Positions 31,528 to 32,818 of a stretch of 32,818 bases of DNA are shown here, in pieces. This DNA comes from Thraustochytrium aureum. Lineage: Eukaryota. A program made the position numbers and the translations under genes. Below the pieces are notes generated by a model. That model worked only from the letters and a program-made list of their open reading frames with translations, was not told where the DNA came from and did no database searches. The DNA lies in the NCBI GenBank assembly GCA_012862495.1, contig BLSG01000391.1:77677-110494 (forward strand). Direction: 5' to 3'. Numbering within the stretch: position 1 is the first letter of the stretch; each line of letters starts with the position of its first letter.

Positions 31528-31929
31528 TTACAGTACAAAGACGTGCTCACAGTACAAGGCACTCCAGTCGCGCGCGCGCTCAAGCGAGCCGGATCGTGGA
31601 GGACTGGCGGTTGATGCACAGCTCGTCTTTGCTGTTGCACAGTCGCACGACCACGTTGGCGCCGTCGACATGAACCAAATCGCTTCCTCCCAAAGCAGGT
31701 CTGGCCGGCGCACCTGCACCTTGGTGTTCTGCCGCGAGCGGGCCAGCGCCTTTGCCGTGTTGTTTCGCGCCTTGGCCTTGGCCAGCATGTACTGGTTGGC
31801 TTGCAACGTCTTGAGCGCGAGCTCGTCGGCACTTGCGGAGGAGCGCTTCGAGCCCTGCGCTGGGCCTGGCGCCTTGGACCGTTCGCACTTATTGGGCCGG
31901 GCTGACGCGCACGTGACAATATTGCCCAT
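31528..31929 (-). CDS. Hypothetical small basic protein with an N-terminal MGNxxxC (myristoylation/palmitoylation-like) motif; 3' end uncertain
   Basis: ATG in a GAGATGG context starts MGNIVTCAS, with coding-like codon usage. The C-terminus may really be in the 31580 frame (GGSDLVHVDGANVVVRLCNSKDELCINR) via a frameshift near 31692. Confidence 0.45.
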   Translation of the reverse strand: MGNIVTCASARPNKCERSKAPGPAQGSKRSSASADELALKTLQANQYMLAKAKARNNTAKALARSRQNTKVQVRRPDLLWEEAIWFMSTAPTWSCDCATAKTSCASTASPPRSGSLERARDWSALYCEHVFVL

Positions 31930-32818
31930 CTCGATCTCGACCAGGAGCGATAGAGCGATGGCGCCACGCCTTTGCTCGGACTCTTCGCGAGGTCGTCTGC
32001 GTATGTACCTAGAGTACTCTTTGCTTTTGCCTTTTGGCGTCTGCCTCAAGCCATCAGACGAGTCGCGCGAGGATCGTGTTGGACACATCCATATCGGACA
32101 GATCGGCCATCGGTTCAGTGCGATTGGAAAGTTCACGGCGGCGTCAGCAGGGGCTCGACTTTCCGGCTCATGGCCAGTCCGAGTCACCAAAGCGCTTTCG
32201 TTTCAAGAGTTCTGTTCTTGGCCCCAGCACAACCTGTCCGTGGCCGATCTCGCCAGCGTCGATCCGCCGTGGCATGCTGCAACGGAATTAGCGGCGGCTC
32301 CTCCAAGCGCAGCAACCGCGAAGGCTTGGTGGGGCCGCGCCGTTCGTCCACGGGGTCGTGCGCTGACCAGATGTGCTGACACATTTAGGAGTCGCGTGCG
32401 AAACCCCTCAATGTTGAGCTTTAATGTTGGCGAGTCGCATTAACAAGATGCCCCGTTCAGCGCGATGGAACAATCGCGCGAGGCGGGCCATCCGCACAGG
32501 CCACAGGCCCACGTAACGCGCATTCCTCTTGAGGGCGCCGCCCAACCATGCTGCCCGCTGCGCCATGGCTCGCCAGGTACGCCCAGCGGCGATCGACAAA
32601 CGAATCCAGCGCTCGCCCTCCGGCCCCGCTGCCTCGATCCGCCGGGCCCACAAGAGCCGACAGCCGGCAGCCGGCGAGCCGCCGCGCCAGCCCCGAGCTT
32701 CCCCCGCGGCGCCAGCTGCGCGGAGCGCGGCGGCACCGAGCGAGTTTGGAGGTGCCGCCGCGGGGACATTTCCCAGTCGCTAGAGAAAAACCATCCCGCA
32801 GAGACCGAGCGCTCTTCG

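Overview
This is GC-rich, gene-dense eukaryotic nuclear DNA with short GT-AG introns and four assembly gaps. Gene content suggests a stramenopile, possibly a labyrinthulomycete/thraustochytrid, but that is inference only. Supported genes in order: a small hydrophilic protein, a frameshifted multi-pass membrane protein, a mitochondrial type II isocitrate dehydrogenase with an NAD-type Asp-Met signature and a C-terminal EF-hand, an acidic single-TM protein, an SLC25 mitochondrial carrier, a glutathione S-transferase, an SV2/SVOP-like MFS transporter, a TRF-like telobox Myb protein, a secreted PAN/Apple + Pro/Thr stalk + vWA protein, SLX1 (5' end in a gap), CSE1/exportin-2, a secreted clan GH-D-like putative glycosidase, and a possible small myristoylated protein. 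Several genes carry single-base frameshifts, mostly in homopolymer runs and most likely sequencing errors. The most unusual features are: (i) the TRF-like gene, preceded by telo-box-like CCCTAA motifs and a 44-bp AGGGTT-containing minisatellite that abuts its ATG; (ii) the GH-D-like hydrolase, which I cannot assign to a family; (iii) the Apple-mucin-vWA adhesin; (iv) a degenerate ~200-bp triplication with an internal inversion. I found no CRISPR array, RNA gene or recognisable transposase.
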